A DNA stretch of 64,000 bases from Chiloscyllium plagiosum (Eukaryota): contig NC_057749.1 in NCBI RefSeq assembly GCF_004010195.1, positions 12,882,846 through 12,946,845 of the forward strand, written 5' to 3'. How positions within the stretch are numbered: the stretch's first letter is position 1; every line of letters begins with the position of its first letter. The notes below the pieces were generated by a model. That model worked only from the letters and a program-made list of their open reading frames with translations. It was not told the origin of the DNA and searched no databases. Below, piece by piece: positions 61,194-64,000 of the stretch. The position numbers and the translations under genes were made by a program.

Positions 61194-64000
61194 GTGAGTA
61201 CCAAAAGAAATTGGAGGGAGCCACAAATGACGATCTAAACCTTCAATCTACACTTTCATATAATGTAGGTAGATGCTTGGACAAGGAGTCGAGAGTAATG
61301 AGGAACAGGCAGGGATATGAAGTTAAGACTGCAGTCACACCATTCTTGATCTTATTAGCTTGTTGGGTTTATTTGTTAAACTTGTCCTGAGGTGCAAGGA
61401 AAAGTGGTGTCGAGTCTGAAAGCTTGGGAAAACTGACTAAGAAGTTCAGTCAGGTATTTGGGTTTAAAGGTGCCTTGAAGTGGGGACACCATGGTTGAAG
61501 TGGAGAAATTCATTCTTCAGATGGATTGTAAAACGTGAGGGAAGAGATTTGAGCAAATAGAATTTTTGAAGATGGAACTAAGGCACCAGTGTATCTTGTC
61601 AAAGAAGCTTCTGGATAAGTAACTTTTGGTGTGATTCTAAGCAGTATGTAAGATGTTGAGCATTAGAATAGTTGAGACTGAAGGGGAGGGGTAAAATTCA
61701 GCTTCATACAGCAAGTGGACTGAGCTGGTCTTGATTCTAGATTGTGTGGATCACAATTCTATGGCTCGATTTCCATGTGTGTACAGCAGGAGCCTGTTCT
61801 GGACTGTCAAGTCAGGTGAGACAAAGCAAAACATTTGCACGTACTTTAGTCAAACTAAGGTTACAGGCTAGCAAATTGTATTCCAATGGAAGCTGGTTTA
61901 TTATCTGGAATTTACCAAAATGTCAATTTTCAGTGTTTTCAGCAGCTTTTGAGGGCAGTTTATATGTTCAGCTACTCTCTTTTTTTAAACCACTGGGAAC
62001 CATAAAAAGTGAATTGAATAAATATGCAGATACTGTAGTCAAATTTTACCGGTTTCTTCATCCATGCTCACTACCCCTCAGTGTGACACCCTCCAGTACG
62101 TGCCTACAGTCTTTAAACCAGCTCAATAACTGACTTAGGATCAGAATCAAATCTGTGACATAATGTAGTCTGTTATGGTCTGGTATAATTTGCCTTTTAT
62201 CTTATCCAGTCTGGAAAATAACTTTCTGTTGGTGATAGTGAGTGAGTGCCCCACCTGTTCATGTAGGCTTATTCCTTGTAAGATTAGTTGTTGTAAATTG
62301 CCCTGTTTTATCTGTTACACATTTGCTTTCAGCAGTTCATCTGACACAATAGGTCTCAGTATTTTACTAGCTGCTACTCTGCCAGTGTCCGTTATTAACT
62401 CTCTTTTGCGATTCTGCCATTCTTCTCAAAATATCTTTGTAGAACCCTTTAGTGTACAGAAATAATTTATTTCCTCTGCCTCCCCTGGTGCAGGAGGAAA
62501 ATGGAGAGGGGGAGGGAGGACAGGGAAGTGACTTGTGTTGAACAAAATGGTAAATGTCACAATCCCTTTTGGGAAAGTACTGATACACCAGTCCCTCTAC
62601 TCTTGAGGATCACCCCAGAAGTTAATCAAATTACTCACTCTTCATTGTCCTGTCTGAACTCTGGTTAACAAAAGAAGTCCATCAATATATAATTCTGCCA
62701 GCTGAAACTTTGTCCATCTTTTAAGTCCCTATATGTGTACACATACAGAAATGCATGTATGTTATTGGTGGCAAGAGAAGTGTTGGGGACACAGTTTAAT
62801 AGCAACAGTCCCCAGGATTTGATGAGGTGTCCCTTTTTTGCTTCTTTAATCTCCTTATTAGATTCTTTGAAGAAATAAAGTACTGAATGCTACACTCATG
62901 AACAGTCTTTTAGTTCATGGTTTAGGGGCAACAGCTGAGAGCAGCTGGTGAGAGAGTATAGCTAGATGTCTTCCAGGTTTTATTTCATTGCACAGAAGAC
63001 CTTGTGTGTCTCATGCGCTTGCTCTGTCTCGCGCGCACTCTCTCTTCTGGAGTCATCTGTTCCTGGAAGTTCTGTGTTCATCTACTGTCTCTTGATGTTT
63101 GCTGTTCTCATACACCCAGAATGCTGTGGTGTCTTACACATATTCCCCATAGTGCTTAAAGCAACAATGTAAGCACAACACTGAGTTCCATGAACTTATT
63201 TTTTAAAAAAGTGCAGTTATTTTTCTTTCTTCACCACCACCCCACCCCCCAACCAAGTCCTTGCTTTAACACAGTCCTTTCTCTAGTTTTGTCCACAATG
63301 CAATAAAGATGTGGTCTTTGCTTAAAGCAGGAGTACTGACATTCTTTTCCCTTGCCTGTGCAGACCTCTTGAACTGTGTATGTGTTATATAGCAAGCAAC
63401 CAGAGTGGTAAATGATTTGTTAGCTTTTAGTAGATTGCAGTAGAAGAGTACAGTGCAATGATTGGCATTTGTGAGGGCTTTTCTGCAGTACTGTATATCA
63501 TTTTTGTGTCTTTGCTTAAGGCAGACAATATTTGCTTTGGGAAGGCTGCACATGATTTCAGCTGACGAAGAAAGATTTAGTTGGCTAGGCTAATACTTCC
63601 TAGAACTTAGAATGAGCAGTGATCTGATCTAATTCAAATATTAATAATTTGATAGTGCTGAGAAAATGTTTTCACCCTATTAGGGAAACCTAGAACTGAG
63701 TCAGTTTTAGAGCCTAAGAACACGAGGAATAGGAGTAGGCCATTCAGCCCTTCAAGCTCACTGTGCTGTTCATTGAGATCATGGGTCATCTTGTATTTCA
63801 ATGCCATTTTGCGAGATGGTGTTGGTAGCACAACGGTCATGTTGTGGGAGCTTGGATACAAATCCCATTTTGGCAGATGGTGAAATTTGAATGCAATAAA
63901 CTCTGGAATTCTAATGTCACGAATGATATGTAATGGTAACATTTTACAATCTTGTGAAGAAATTCCTCATCAGACTGAAATAGTTTGCCTTTTGTGTGAC

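Overview
Repeat-rich vertebrate genomic DNA, very likely from an elasmobranch (shark or ray), judged from HE1-type and SacSINE1/DeuSINE-like SINEs plus abundant CR1 and Penelope-like elements. Two sorting-nexin genes lie head-to-head about 23.7 kb apart. SNX33 is on the minus strand; only its large first coding exon (18544-17107) is visible. SNX1 is on the plus strand with coding exons 1-7 between 42296 and 61193, continuing past the window. The most notable structure is 20364-29370: two different Tx1-clade non-LTR retrotransposons stacked at one target site, shown by three copies of a target-site duplication. The full-length copy carries the first ~52 nt of U2 snRNA as its 5' head inside the TSD, and its ORF1 resembles mammalian ZCCHC3. 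The window also holds Penelope-like elements with degenerate hammerhead-ribozyme cores, short fold-back derivatives (one with perfect 65-bp arms and a 14-bp TSD), two candidate solo LTRs, several nested insertions, and a 31-bp tandem array in the SNX1 promoter. There are two N gaps. All family and gene names come from recalled sequence similarity, not database searches.
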